This document shows positions 1 to 10,149 of a DNA stretch of 64,000 nt, one piece after another. The notes beneath the pieces were generated by a model, which saw only the letters and a list, made by a program, of their open reading frames with translations, was not told the origin of the DNA and did not search any database. The stretch spans positions 3,904,001 through 3,968,000 of the forward strand of contig OZ254086.1 in NCBI GenBank assembly GCA_965267575.1. The letters run 5' to 3'. This stretch comes from Calditrichales bacterium (lineage in GTDB: Bacteria; Calditrichota; Calditrichia; Calditrichales; J004). Made by a program: the position numbers and the translations under genes. Positions within the stretch are counted from its first letter, which is position 1. Each line of letters begins with the position of its first letter.

Positions 1-272
1 CGATCATCCGCTTTTCCATTATTGATTCCGTGGCCTTTACTCCTATAAATTTTCTGGCGGCAGACGATTCTGTCATCAGCGATTTTTTCTCGTATCAGCT
101 GGTTGTGGAAACACGCGACAGCGTCCGGATTTATATGGGCGACACACGGCTGAAGCTTTACCGCGAGAAGGAACTCGCCAACGAACCCTGGCTTATCTAC
201 GAATGGACTGATCGCGAATTACCCGGCGAGAACGCCCAAAGCTGGACCTTTTTAAAACTGGAAAATCGCTAA
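1..272 (+). CDS. Hypothetical protein, 5'-truncated by the window edge
   Basis: Frame is open from position 3 to the TAA at 270-272; 3 nt before the next gene. Confidence 0.6.
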   Translation, partial: IIRFSIIDSVAFTPINFLAADDSVISDFFSYQLVVETRDSVRIYMGDTRLKLYREKELANEPWLIYEWTDRELPGENAQSWTFLKLENR

Positions 273-275
273 GCT

Positions 276-797
276 GTGAAATACGCATATACCGTTTTAA
301 TAGCCCTGTTTCTGGTGGCTGTACTGGTTGCCTGTAACCCCTTCGCCCCATCCTTAACGGATGACCAGGCCGGGGCCACGGCCATTCTTACCGAGCAGAG
401 CACCCCGCAGGAGGTAATGACCAATTTCAGCTACGCCTATAATTTTAAGGACTCGCTCGTTTACAGCGATCTGCTGGACAGCAGTTTTGTTTTTGTATCC
501 AAGAATTTTTCCACCAACCCGGTTACCGATATCACCTGGGGCCGGGATACGGATATTCGCACAACTGTGGCGCTTTTCCGCCATTTTCAGACATTAAACC
601 TGATCTGGGGCGGTACGCTGCGTGAGGTTTATCTGGATGAAGACAGCACCACGGTGGAATTAAAACAGGTATTTCAGCTTACCCTGAATGGCGGCGGAGA
701 TATCCCGACGCTGAATGGCGAAGCACAATTTATTCTAATAAAAAAACCTTCCGGCATATGGAAAATTACGCGCTGGGAAGATTTGTCTACTTTTTAA
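276..797 (+). CDS. Putative lipoprotein, possibly NTF2/SnoaL-like fold
   Basis: Hydrophobic signal with lipobox LVAC; TPQEVMTNF...YSDLLDSSFVF...WKITRW pattern resembles NTF2-like proteins. Confidence 0.6.
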   Translation: MKYAYTVLIALFLVAVLVACNPFAPSLTDDQAGATAILTEQSTPQEVMTNFSYAYNFKDSLVYSDLLDSSFVFVSKNFSTNPVTDITWGRDTDIRTTVALFRHFQTLNLIWGGTLREVYLDEDSTTVELKQVFQLTLNGGGDIPTLNGEAQFILIKKPSGIWKITRWEDLSTF

Positions 798-822
798 TGA
801 ACGGATTTTTACTGGAGGAACC

Positions 823-1533
823 ATGCACCGCATAGCACTGGATGTTGACCCGATCGCCGTTGTCCGTAACATGCTTGGCAAAAAAGAGCCCGATCCTTTA
901 AGCGCCATAATTCTCGCCGAACTGGGCGGCGCCGAATCCATCGTCTGCTACCTGCGCGATGACGCCAAAACGGTCAGCGAGCGCGACGTGCAGCTTTTCC
1001 GGCAGGTTGTAAAAACGCACCTCAATGTTAAAAGCAACATCAACGAAGAAAACATTCGTAAACTTATACGCTTGAAAGTGGACATGATAACCTTTGTGGC
1101 GCCGGGCGCCGTTAACAGCAAAGCCGCCGCGCCGCTTAACGTGGAAAACTACGCCACGCAACTGCAAAACTATATCGCCGAACTGCGCTCCAATAACATT
1201 CTTTCGTCCATTCTGATTGAGCCGGAGATTGGCGAGGTGAAGGCCGCCGGCAAGCTGGAATTTGATTACGTGGAACTGGACGCATCCGCCCTGACGACTT
1301 CCGAGGATATGCAGGAAGAGCTCTCCGCGCTGGAGAATTTTTCGTCCATGGCGCTGGCCGCCAACAAACTGGGCATGGGCGTCAACATTTCCGGCGGCAT
1401 CGGCTACGAAAACGTTCGCGAGGTGGCCGCACTGGATTTTATTGAGGATATCATCATCGGGGAGCCGGTGCTGATCAAATCGCTTTATATCGGTTTTGAA
1501 CAGGCGCTGCGCGACTTGCAGGCGCTGATTTAA
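823..1533 (+). CDS. pdxJ: Pyridoxine 5'-phosphate synthase (PdxJ)-like TIM-barrel protein with degenerate active site
   Basis: Colinear with PdxJ (PDP..A..AE.GGA, LRDD, RDV, VEL, G..VN, YENV, IG), but most catalytic His/Glu/Arg are replaced; GGAGG RBS. Confidence 0.75.
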   Translation: MHRIALDVDPIAVVRNMLGKKEPDPLSAIILAELGGAESIVCYLRDDAKTVSERDVQLFRQVVKTHLNVKSNINEENIRKLIRLKVDMITFVAPGAVNSKAAAPLNVENYATQLQNYIAELRSNNILSSILIEPEIGEVKAAGKLEFDYVELDASALTTSEDMQEELSALENFSSMALAANKLGMGVNISGGIGYENVREVAALDFIEDIIIGEPVLIKSLYIGFEQALRDLQALI

Positions 1534-1555
1534 TCCAACGGGAACCGCCTGCATT

Positions 1556-4051
1556 ATGCCTATAAAATTTAAACATATATTTGGATTGTTTTTGTTGTTC
1601 GGTACGCTCTCAGCCGAAACAGTCAGCTATGACTGGGGAGCCGTGCGACAGGCCGATGGCCATGAGAATATTGTCGCTCTTTTCCGCATGGAAAACTGGA
1701 GTGTTCAGGTCGACGGGGAGCAGCAAAGTAACGTCGCCCTGCCCTTTGTGACGACGGAGATAAACACATTTACATGCAGCAATAATTTTGAACTGACCGA
1801 CAGCACCTTCAATGAAGCATCCTGGTTTTTTAGCGGTTTTGGCTTTAAAGGCAAAGTGGGTGTATTCATCAACAACAATCTTATATACAGTCAGTACGGC
1901 AGTAACACGCCTTTCTCCGTAAGGATCCCCGCGCCTTTTCTGCGTCTGGGCAAAAACGAAATTGAACTCCGCTTCGAAAACGATCCGCAAAATCCCGCCG
2001 ACAACTTCCCCCGTTTTGTACACATGCTTTCGGAGCCTGATTACTGCGGACCTGCGCGGCCCTTTTTCCTGGAAAAGCGACCAAACGCTTTTATAGAGCA
2101 ATGGCAGTATAATACAATCATTGATGAAAACCGGCCGCGTTTACAATATAACTTTGCGCTTAACGAAAAGGCGCTGCAAAACTTGTCATCGCGGGAAAAC
2201 CTTAGTGTCGAAATCCGCCTCACGGATGCAAACGGCAATAGCTGGCAAACGGAACTCACCGGAGTTTCGCCGGACAGGCTCAGCTACTCGGGCAGTTTCG
2301 GCATAGCGGCGGACAGGCTGTGGCGGCCGGACAATCCGCAAATACACACGGCAGAGTTGCGTCTGCGCCGTTTCGGGCAGGTGGTCTCTGCACAAAGTTT
2401 CCCGCTTGCGCTGCGCGCCCTGCGTGTTGAAAACAATCAATTGCTGCTGAACGGTAAAAAGACAAAAATTAGCGGTATTGTCTATCACGAAAACTTGAGA
2501 ATCGCCAATACGCCGGACCATTACCTGGAAGACCTGCGAAATATTCGCGCCCTCGGCTACAATGCCGTCCGCACCAGCGGCTTTGTACCGGACAGGCGCT
2601 TTTTCAGCATCGCCGATACGCTGGGTATGCTCGTTTTTGCGGAGCTGCCGCCTGCCCGTTATCCATCGGAGTTATACCAGCGTGACGATTTGCTGGAAAT
2701 AAGCCGTACCACCATCCAGCACATAAACCGCGTTCTTGCCGGACACCCTTCATTTGTAGCGCTTGGACTGGGCAGGCATATCAATATCCATTCTTCCGCG
2801 GCACAAAAATTCTATATCATCCTGGATGAACACCTGTCCGAAATGCCGCGCGTTCTCAGCTACATTACGCCGGTTAACGTGGAGGGCAATCTGGCCGACG
2901 TGGCCGTAACCGATTTCATGTTGTGGGAAGATTATAACCGTCCCGCGCAAAGGCGCAGTCTTACGGGACAGTTTCTGGGCGCGGCAAACGCCGGGATCGC
3001 CATGGTTTTTGATAAGGACCACGCGGCCTTATCGCTTCTGCAAAAGCGCATATTTATCCGCGATGAGCTGGCCTACCTGGCGGACAGCCTCAATATTCAC
3101 CAGGGCTTTTTTGAAAGCTACCGCGACTGGCGCGTGGATTACACCTTCGCAGCGGGCAGCCTGGGCGCACCCGTCGGAGACAGGCGGATAAGCAGTGGTC
3201 ACGTAGACACGCTCAATAACGTCAAAGACTGGGTAAGGGAGTTTCCCGCAGGCGTCTGGGACAGTCCGCAAAGTCCGGCCTCCGGCAGCACCGAAGGCGG
3301 GCGGCCCTCCACGGTTTTTTCGGTAGTCATGTTTTTTGGCTCTTTGCTGTTTTTCATTTTTTACAGGCAGTACCCGCGCTTCCGAGAAAACTACCGCCGC
3401 GCCATACGTCACCCCTACGGCTTTTTCGTGGACATGCGTGAGCGACGCATCATTCCTGTTTTTAACACCTTTATGGTCAATATGCACAATGTGCTGATCA
3501 TGTCTGTTTTTGTGGCCGCCTTTATCTACTCATGGCACAACAGCTACTTGTTCCGCGAAATCAGCGGCCTGCTTATCGGGGCCGCAGAGCCACACGCTTA
3601 CGTTCTGTGGATCGCCAATAACCCATTCGCGCTTATTGGCACGCTTTTCGTGCTGTTTTTCTTTTACCCGATCGTAATCGGGCTGGTCCTGAAATTTATT
3701 GCGCTTTTCAGACGCCATCGCCTACGGACGCGCCAGGCCATGGCCGTGGGCATGTGGGCCGCCGCGCCGTTTATTTTCATGTTTCCGTTAAGCCTGGCCG
3801 GTTACCATTTGTTCGTTTACGGGCAGTTCACAGATTGGCTGTTTTATATTTTTGCCTTGTTCCTGATCTGGGCGCATTACCGCCTTATCAACGGCATCCG
3901 CGTACTTATGCTGGCGCGTTTCAGAACAGTTTTTATTCTGCTTCTATTGTCTTACATGGTACCGGTTGTTATCTTTCTCGTCTTTTTTAACCCACAACCC
4001 CTGTGGTTCAGCTATCTTGAGCTGATACTAAAATCCCGGGTTTTGTATTAG
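1556..4051 (+). CDS. GH2-like (beta-galactosidase/glucuronidase fold) exported domain fused to a C-terminal multipass membrane domain
   Basis: Signal peptide; LW.PDNP, LLLNGK, GYNAVRTS, ADTLGMLVFAE and HPS are GH2 motifs; about 7 hydrophobic segments in the last ~250 aa. Confidence 0.75.
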   Translation: MPIKFKHIFGLFLLFGTLSAETVSYDWGAVRQADGHENIVALFRMENWSVQVDGEQQSNVALPFVTTEINTFTCSNNFELTDSTFNEASWFFSGFGFKGKVGVFINNNLIYSQYGSNTPFSVRIPAPFLRLGKNEIELRFENDPQNPADNFPRFVHMLSEPDYCGPARPFFLEKRPNAFIEQWQYNTIIDENRPRLQYNFALNEKALQNLSSRENLSVEIRLTDANGNSWQTELTGVSPDRLSYSGSFGIAADRLWRPDNPQIHTAELRLRRFGQVVSAQSFPLALRALRVENNQLLLNGKKTKISGIVYHENLRIANTPDHYLEDLRNIRALGYNAVRTSGFVPDRRFFSIADTLGMLVFAELPPARYPSELYQRDDLLEISRTTIQHINRVLAGHPSFVALGLGRHINIHSSAAQKFYIILDEHLSEMPRVLSYITPVNVEGNLADVAVTDFMLWEDYNRPAQRRSLTGQFLGAANAGIAMVFDKDHAALSLLQKRIFIRDELAYLADSLNIHQGFFESYRDWRVDYTFAAGSLGAPVGDRRISSGHVDTLNNVKDWVREFPAGVWDSPQSPASGSTEGGRPSTVFSVVMFFGSLLFFIFYRQYPRFRENYRRAIRHPYGFFVDMRERRIIPVFNTFMVNMHNVLIMSVFVAAFIYSWHNSYLFREISGLLIGAAEPHAYVLWIANNPFALIGTLFVLFFFYPIVIGLVLKFIALFRRHRLRTRQAMAVGMWAAAPFIFMFPLSLAGYHLFVYGQFTDWLFYIFALFLIWAHYRLINGIRVLMLARFRTVFILLLLSYMVPVVIFLVFFNPQPLWFSYLELILKSRVLY

Positions 4052-4064
4052 GTGAACAGAATAT

Positions 4065-7000
4065 ATGTATTTATCAAAGCTTCATATTTTAGGGTTTAAG
4101 TCGTTCGCGCAAAAAACCATTTTGGATTTCTCGGACGGCATAACCTGCGTTATCGGGCCAAACGGCTCAGGCAAATCAAACATTGTGGATGCCATCCGCT
4201 GGGTATTGGGCGAACAGCGTGTCAGCTCGCTGCGCAGCGATAAGATGGAAAACGTGATCTTCAACGGCACAAAAGCGCGTAAGCCAATGGGCATGTCCGA
4301 AGTGAGCATGACCATACAAAACAACAAAAAGATCCTTGATACCGAATACGACGAAGTTGTTATTTCCCGGCGATTGTATCGTTCCGGGGAAAGCCAGTAC
4401 CTGATTAACCAGACGCCGGTGCGGCTGCGCGACGTTGTGGATCTTTTCACCGATACCGGCATGGGCGCCAACTCCTACTCAGTGATCGAGCTGAAGATGG
4501 TGGAAAGTATCCTCAGCGACAACAAAGCCGAACGACGCCAGCTATTTGAAGAAGCCGCGGGCATTGTGAAATACAAAACGCGGCGCCGTTCTGCCCTGCG
4601 CAAGCTGGAACAAACCGAAAACGACCTGGATCGCGTCAACGACATAATCATCGAAGTGGAGAAGACCGTTAATTCGCTGAGCCGTCAGGTTTCCAAAGCA
4701 AGGCGCTATATCGAGTACACAGACAATCTGAAAAAGCTGGAAATCGATCTGGCCACCTTCCGTTATCACCGGTTTATGGACCGCCTGAAGCCACTGGAAC
4801 GGGAACTCAAAGCCGCCAGCAGGGAAAAAGAAGAAAGCCACCACCAGATCACACTGGAAGAGGCGCTCCTGGAAGACTATAACCAGCAGACCATCCGCTA
4901 TGAGCAATCGCTGCAACAGCTTAACGGCAGCCTTTACGAAAAAGACAATGCCATCCGCAACCTCAATCAGGAAGACGCCATTGCTGAAGCCAAAATTGAG
5001 GAAATGAAGAAAAACCGCGAACGCTATCTGCAGGAAATTGAAGCCTTTGAACAAAAAGCGGCGCATCTCGGAGAAGACAGTTCCACGCACGAGCAGGAGC
5101 TTGGCGAGCTGCGCGCCGAACGCGACAAGCTGGAAAGCTCATTTGCAGAGATCGCCGGCCGGCGTGACGAAGAGCTGAGCGTTATGAATCGCGAAAAAGC
5201 AGAGATTGACGCCCTGAACAAGCGCTTCCGCGACGAGATGCAAAAGCTGGCGCAAAAAAAGGACGAGCTGCAGCAGAAAGAGTACCGGCTGGCTTTTGAC
5301 CAGGAAAAGATACAGGAGTTAAATGATGCCATCGGCGGCCACAGTGATGACAGCGAAAGCCTGACGCGGCAGATTGAGCAGGGCCAGCACGAAAAAGAAG
5401 AGATCGGCAAAGAGCTGGACGAATTAAAGAACAACCTGACCAACCTGCAGAGCGAATCCACCGAACTGGAACAGAAGCTGGCCGCGGCCCGCCACAATCA
5501 TAACGCCATCGTTTCCGAAACCGAGCGGGTGCGTTCTCGCCAGAAGTTTTTTCAGAATATCATCAGCAATTACGAGGGCCTTGCCAAAAGCACGCAATTC
5601 GTTATGAACCGTCGCGCGCAATACAAAGGCCTGTTTGGCCCGCTGGTGGAAATTATCGACACGCCGGACCACTACGCGGGGCTGGTGGAAACGCTGCTTG
5701 GAGATCAGCTCAACTACCTTGTTGTCGAAAATGTCGATGCCGCTATGAACCTGCTGAACGATGTGCGCCGCTCCGAGCAGGGCCGCGTTACCTGCATCCC
5801 GCTGGATCGCGTGGAAGGTATTGCCCCGCCCCGGCCGGATGGTACGCCGCCGGCACAACTCAATCTTCTGATAAATCATATCCGTTGCGAAGAACGTTTC
5901 CGGCACCTGCTCAATATCCTTCTCGGTGATGTGGCGATTGTAGATTCGCTTGAAGAAGCCGCGCGTCTGGCAGACAAGAATCAAGGGCTGCGTCTGGTGA
6001 CCGCCGGCGGCGAAATGTTCAACTTTAACCGCGAGATAACCGGCGGCTCCGAGGCGGAAAAGAAGGAAACGGCGCTTATCACTCGCAAGAACAAGCTTAA
6101 AGAGCTGGAAAAACAGCTTGCCGAATTAGAAAAAAAGAGCAAAGACGCCGAAGCGGATATCGCCGATATCAGTCGTGCGATCGAGGTGAACCGTATGCGC
6201 CGTGAAGAAACGGGAGATAAGCTGGACGAACAGCGAGGTTTCTATCACGAAGCCGATAAAAAGCTGAGTCAGTTGAACTATGAACTCAACACGCGGCAGA
6301 AGCAGCAGGAAGCAGCTTCCTCCCAGATTGAGAGACTTAACCAGCAGATCACTGAGCTGGAAAAGGATATCGGCGCTCTAAAAAGCCAAGTCTCGGAAGA
6401 TCAGCAGCGCGTCAACGAATTGGAGCGCGAAACGATCAGCCGCAGCAATGCTTTTGAGAAACAGAGTGACGCCTTCCAGGCTTTGTCCGAAGAATACCAG
6501 GACATCCAGTTGCAGCTCAGCAGTGCGCGCAACCGTGTAATCAATCGCGAAAACGATATTAAGCGTATTGAAGAGAGCATTAATGAATTAAACGCAAGTA
6601 TCGAAAGACGCAAAACTGAGATTGAGAACACGGCCGGTAACGTGGAGCAATTACGCGAAGCCATTGAAGACCGCAAAGGCAAGCGGCAATCCATCTGGGA
6701 AGAACGCGACGCGCTGGACAAGCAGAAGCAGGAATTGGAAAAAGAATTTCAGGAGGTGAAGGACAAACGCCACGAACTGGAAACTCAGATAAAAGAGTAC
6801 CGCCGTCGCCACGATTCTTCACTGGAAAAATCCAAGAAGCTGGAAATCGAGATCAACCAGCATACATATCAGGCGGAAAACATCCGCAGCCATATCCAGA
6901 AAGAGCATAACAGCGACGTGGACGCGTTGATACCAAATGAAAATCTCGATGAGAATGAAACCGAAGAAAACATCGAATCGTTGAAAACAAAGATAAAAAA

Positions 7001-7595
7001 TCTGGGCGCTGTCAATCCGTTGGCTGTAAGCGAATATGACAAGGAAAGCGAACGGCTAAACTTCTTAACCAGCCAGCGCGACGACCTGATGAAAGCAGAA
7101 CAGTCTCTGCTGGAAACCATCGACAAAATAAACAAAACCGCGCGCAAACAATTTTCCGAGACATTTGAAGCAATCCGGGTGAATTTTGAGCGCGTGTTTA
7201 ACTCCTTTTTTCCCAACGGCGCGGGCACAATCCGTATGGAGAATACGCACGATCCGCTGGAAGCTGAAATTGACATTGAGGTGACGGCTAAGGGCCGCCA
7301 GTTGCAAACGCTTTCGCTGCTTTCGGGTGGCGAAAAGACGCTCACGGCTATTTCGCTTTTGTTCGCGATTTATCTGGTAAAACCAAGTCCGTTCTGCATA
7401 TTGGACGAAGTTGATGCGCCGTTGGACGATGTAAACATCGGGCGCTTTACCGATGCCCTGAACCAATTTTCAGACAACACACAATTTATAGTAGTTACCC
7501 ACAACAAAAGGACCATGGAAGCGGCTGAAACCATGTATGGGATCACGATGGAAGAAGAAGGTATTTCCAAGGTCGTTTCCGTGAGGATGAACTAA
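4065..7595 (+). CDS. smc: Chromosome segregation protein SMC
   Basis: GFKSF, Walker A GPNGSGKS, coiled coils, hinge, LSGGE signature, ILDEVDAPLD, VTH. Confidence 0.98.
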   Translation: MYLSKLHILGFKSFAQKTILDFSDGITCVIGPNGSGKSNIVDAIRWVLGEQRVSSLRSDKMENVIFNGTKARKPMGMSEVSMTIQNNKKILDTEYDEVVISRRLYRSGESQYLINQTPVRLRDVVDLFTDTGMGANSYSVIELKMVESILSDNKAERRQLFEEAAGIVKYKTRRRSALRKLEQTENDLDRVNDIIIEVEKTVNSLSRQVSKARRYIEYTDNLKKLEIDLATFRYHRFMDRLKPLERELKAASREKEESHHQITLEEALLEDYNQQTIRYEQSLQQLNGSLYEKDNAIRNLNQEDAIAEAKIEEMKKNRERYLQEIEAFEQKAAHLGEDSSTHEQELGELRAERDKLESSFAEIAGRRDEELSVMNREKAEIDALNKRFRDEMQKLAQKKDELQQKEYRLAFDQEKIQELNDAIGGHSDDSESLTRQIEQGQHEKEEIGKELDELKNNLTNLQSESTELEQKLAAARHNHNAIVSETERVRSRQKFFQNIISNYEGLAKSTQFVMNRRAQYKGLFGPLVEIIDTPDHYAGLVETLLGDQLNYLVVENVDAAMNLLNDVRRSEQGRVTCIPLDRVEGIAPPRPDGTPPAQLNLLINHIRCEERFRHLLNILLGDVAIVDSLEEAARLADKNQGLRLVTAGGEMFNFNREITGGSEAEKKETALITRKNKLKELEKQLAELEKKSKDAEADIADISRAIEVNRMRREETGDKLDEQRGFYHEADKKLSQLNYELNTRQKQQEAASSQIERLNQQITELEKDIGALKSQVSEDQQRVNELERETISRSNAFEKQSDAFQALSEEYQDIQLQLSSARNRVINRENDIKRIEESINELNASIERRKTEIENTAGNVEQLREAIEDRKGKRQSIWEERDALDKQKQELEKEFQEVKDKRHELETQIKEYRRRHDSSLEKSKKLEIEINQHTYQAENIRSHIQKEHNSDVDALIPNENLDENETEENIESLKTKIKNLGAVNPLAVSEYDKESERLNFLTSQRDDLMKAEQSLLETIDKINKTARKQFSETFEAIRVNFERVFNSFFPNGAGTIRMENTHDPLEAEIDIEVTAKGRQLQTLSLLSGGEKTLTAISLLFAIYLVKPSPFCILDEVDAPLDDVNIGRFTDALNQFSDNTQFIVVTHNKRTMEAAETMYGITMEEEGISKVVSVRMN

Positions 7596-8986
7596 TGCGA
7601 CGTTTAGTACTTTTATTTGTTTTATTACCGCTTTTTGCCACGGCGCAAAATATCCGCGTACTGCCGATTAGCGCCGATTATGCTGTTTTCCCCTTTAATG
7701 ATTCGCTGGCTTATGTGGAAGTGTATGTATCTTTTTTCCGCAACAGCCTGCAATACATTGAGCAGCCGGACAGTTTGCAGGCCAATTTTGAAAGCGCCTG
7801 CCTGCTCACCACAAAAGGCGGCAAGGATACACTTAACTTTGCGCGGCACAAATACCGCAACACCGTGCCCGCCGGAGACACTACGCGCACCATCAGCCAG
7901 TTTGTTGACCTGTTCGGTTTTTTTGTACCCTTTGGAGAACATCGCGGCCATGTGCGCATCAGTGACCTGAATGCGGGAGTGCAGAGCGAATATGAGCTTA
8001 ATGTGATTGTGCCGCAGCGTGGCGAGAAATTTAATCTCTCGTCCATTGAACTGGCCAGTAAAATCACGCGCAGTGAAGGTCCCTCTTTATACTCAAAAAA
8101 CGGGTTGCGCGTTGTACCCAATCCGCGTAACAGCTTTGAAATATTCCAGCCCATGCTCTACTACTATGTGGAGCTGGATCGTCTTAGCCACATGCCGGAA
8201 GAGGAATCGACTTACGAAGTACATTATTTTGTGACCAACAGCGAAGGCGATACCGTAAAAAGCGGGGAGACGAAGCAGAAATCGATTGCGGCCCCGACCA
8301 TGGTGGAAGTGGGCGGTTTTAACACCATGGCCCTTTCCCGCGGCTACTATTTTTTAAACATCCGCGCAACGGATCATTTTAGCGGCATAAGCGATACGAC
8401 GCGCAAACGCTTTTTTGTGTTCAAGATCCAAAAAGCGGACAGCGTTGCCGCCAGCGCCAAGGCAGAAGTATATGCCGTTTACCAGGGTATGACAACGGAA
8501 GAGCTTGCCGAAGAGTTCCGGATGGCGCGCTATATCACCAGCCGTGAAGAAGAAAAGGTATTTGAAAATCTTGAAGCGGCCGAGGCCATGCGTCGTTTTC
8601 TCACCGAGTTCTGGCGCCGACGCGATAATCAAAACCAGGTACCTGACGGCATGAGCCGCAGAAGTTATCTGGAATTGGGCGAAGATGCCAACAGCCGATT
8701 CAGTTCCATCTACCGTAAGGGCTGGCAAACCGACCGCGGACGCGTGCTGATGATTTACGGAAGGCCCAGCGAGATACAAAGTTTCCCTAACTCATCCGAC
8801 TACCTGCCTTATGAAATCTGGCAATACTACCAGCTGGAGGGCGGAGCACAGTTTATCTTCTGCGACAAAACGGGGTTTGGCCAGTACGAGCTGATCCATT
8901 CCACATATCATAAAGAGTTGAGTAATCCGGATTGGCAGAGCGTTGTGAGCAAGAACAGCAGCAGGCGTTTTAACGATTTCCGTTAA
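7595..8986 (+). CDS. GWxTD domain-containing exported protein
   Basis: Signal peptide; FW.RRD and GWQTDRGRV..IYG.P, YEIWQY motifs; TAATG overlap with the smc stop. Confidence 0.88.
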   Translation: MRRLVLLFVLLPLFATAQNIRVLPISADYAVFPFNDSLAYVEVYVSFFRNSLQYIEQPDSLQANFESACLLTTKGGKDTLNFARHKYRNTVPAGDTTRTISQFVDLFGFFVPFGEHRGHVRISDLNAGVQSEYELNVIVPQRGEKFNLSSIELASKITRSEGPSLYSKNGLRVVPNPRNSFEIFQPMLYYYVELDRLSHMPEEESTYEVHYFVTNSEGDTVKSGETKQKSIAAPTMVEVGGFNTMALSRGYYFLNIRATDHFSGISDTTRKRFFVFKIQKADSVAASAKAEVYAVYQGMTTEELAEEFRMARYITSREEEKVFENLEAAEAMRRFLTEFWRRRDNQNQVPDGMSRRSYLELGEDANSRFSSIYRKGWQTDRGRVLMIYGRPSEIQSFPNSSDYLPYEIWQYYQLEGGAQFIFCDKTGFGQYELIHSTYHKELSNPDWQSVVSKNSSRRFNDFR

Positions 8987-9900
8987 TTGCCGGTTGAGCC
9001 GGTATTGTCGTCTTTTTGGTAGGTCCAGCGCTTTTTATCACGGAAATCTTCGCCCCAGCGCAATTTACGGCTGATGGTGCGGAAAAAATTTTGCGATTTC
9101 ATTTTAACGAATGAAACCGTTCGTTTGCTCTTACGAATAACGAGCCTCGTTCCGCTGGGATAGGCACCGCGCAACATCCCGTCTCTCATAATGTTAAAAG
9201 ACTCATGCTCCGTAAAAACACGTATCTTAATGTCATAATTATCGGGGATAACCACCGGCCTGTTTGTAAGCGAGTGCGGACAAATGGGATTGATAACGAT
9301 CGCGCTTGTATGGGGCACTACGATCGGACCGCCTGCCGAAAGCGAGTAGCCCGTAGAACCTGAGGGCGTAGAAACAACCAGTCCATCTGCGATATAGGAG
9401 TTCAGGTGTTTCCCGTCTACCTTCGTATCGATCTGAATGACACGGGAAAAGCCGGCTTTATCAATGATCACATCATTAAATGCGCTAAAGCTCTCCAGCC
9501 CGTTTATCTTGCATCTGAGCATGGAACGGGTATCCACCTCGTAATTATCCGCCAAAAATTCTGAGATATGCTCCATCATGCGATCCGGCGGTGTGTTGGC
9601 CAAAAATCCAAGCCCGCCCAGGTTTACGCCGAGGATTTTGGTTTCTGATGAATCCATCCTTGCCACGGTGCGCAAAATGGTGCCGTCACCGCCAAGCGTT
9701 ATCAGCAAGGAGCAATTGGCATAAAGCCAGTCTTCTTCTTTTTGTTCAATGTGTTGGAGCTTTTTAGGAAGGTATTTAGAATCATAGCCGCATAAATAGA
9801 AACCCGCCTGAGCGCGACTTTCACCAATCCAGCTGTCCAGATTGTGCAGCTGTTTTTTTATTTCCGGTTTCCTGGGATTAACGATAATCCCGATATTCAA
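8983..9900 (-). CDS. nadK: NAD(+) kinase
   Basis: LGGDGT, GVNLGGLGFL, ND, DGLVVSTPSGSTGYSLSAGGP motifs. Confidence 0.96.
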   Translation of the reverse strand: MNIGIIVNPRKPEIKKQLHNLDSWIGESRAQAGFYLCGYDSKYLPKKLQHIEQKEEDWLYANCSLLITLGGDGTILRTVARMDSSETKILGVNLGGLGFLANTPPDRMMEHISEFLADNYEVDTRSMLRCKINGLESFSAFNDVIIDKAGFSRVIQIDTKVDGKHLNSYIADGLVVSTPSGSTGYSLSAGGPIVVPHTSAIVINPICPHSLTNRPVVIPDNYDIKIRVFTEHESFNIMRDGMLRGAYPSGTRLVIRKSKRTVSFVKMKSQNFFRTISRKLRWGEDFRDKKRWTYQKDDNTGSTGN

Positions 9901-9920
9901 ATCACTGATAGCCGTATCTC

Positions 9921-10142
9921 CTATTCAAAGGGCTCCAGAGTAAAATCACCGTTGGCATCTTTTTTTAAAGCATTAACAGTAGCCTCGGCCTTTTCCAGTT
10001 TCGCGAGACAGGTTTTTACCAGCTGATGCCCTTCTTCGTAAATCTTAATGCTCTCTTCGAGGCTAATTTCGCCCTTTTCCAGTTTTGATACAATCTCTTC
10101 CAGACGCTTAAGGGCTTGTTCAAATGATAATTCTTTTGCCAT
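9921..10142 (-). CDS. xseB: Exodeoxyribonuclease VII small subunit
   Basis: SFEQALKRLEEIV.KLE.G.ISLEES..YEEG; follows xseA. Confidence 0.96.
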   Translation of the reverse strand: MAKELSFEQALKRLEEIVSKLEKGEISLEESIKIYEEGHQLVKTCLAKLEKAEATVNALKKDANGDFTLEPFE

Positions 10143-10149
10143 AGTTCAG

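Noticed and set aside
4065..7595. SMC as part of a Wadjet/MksBEF or other defence system
   Set aside because: Canonical housekeeping SMC motifs and hinge; no jetABD-like neighbours
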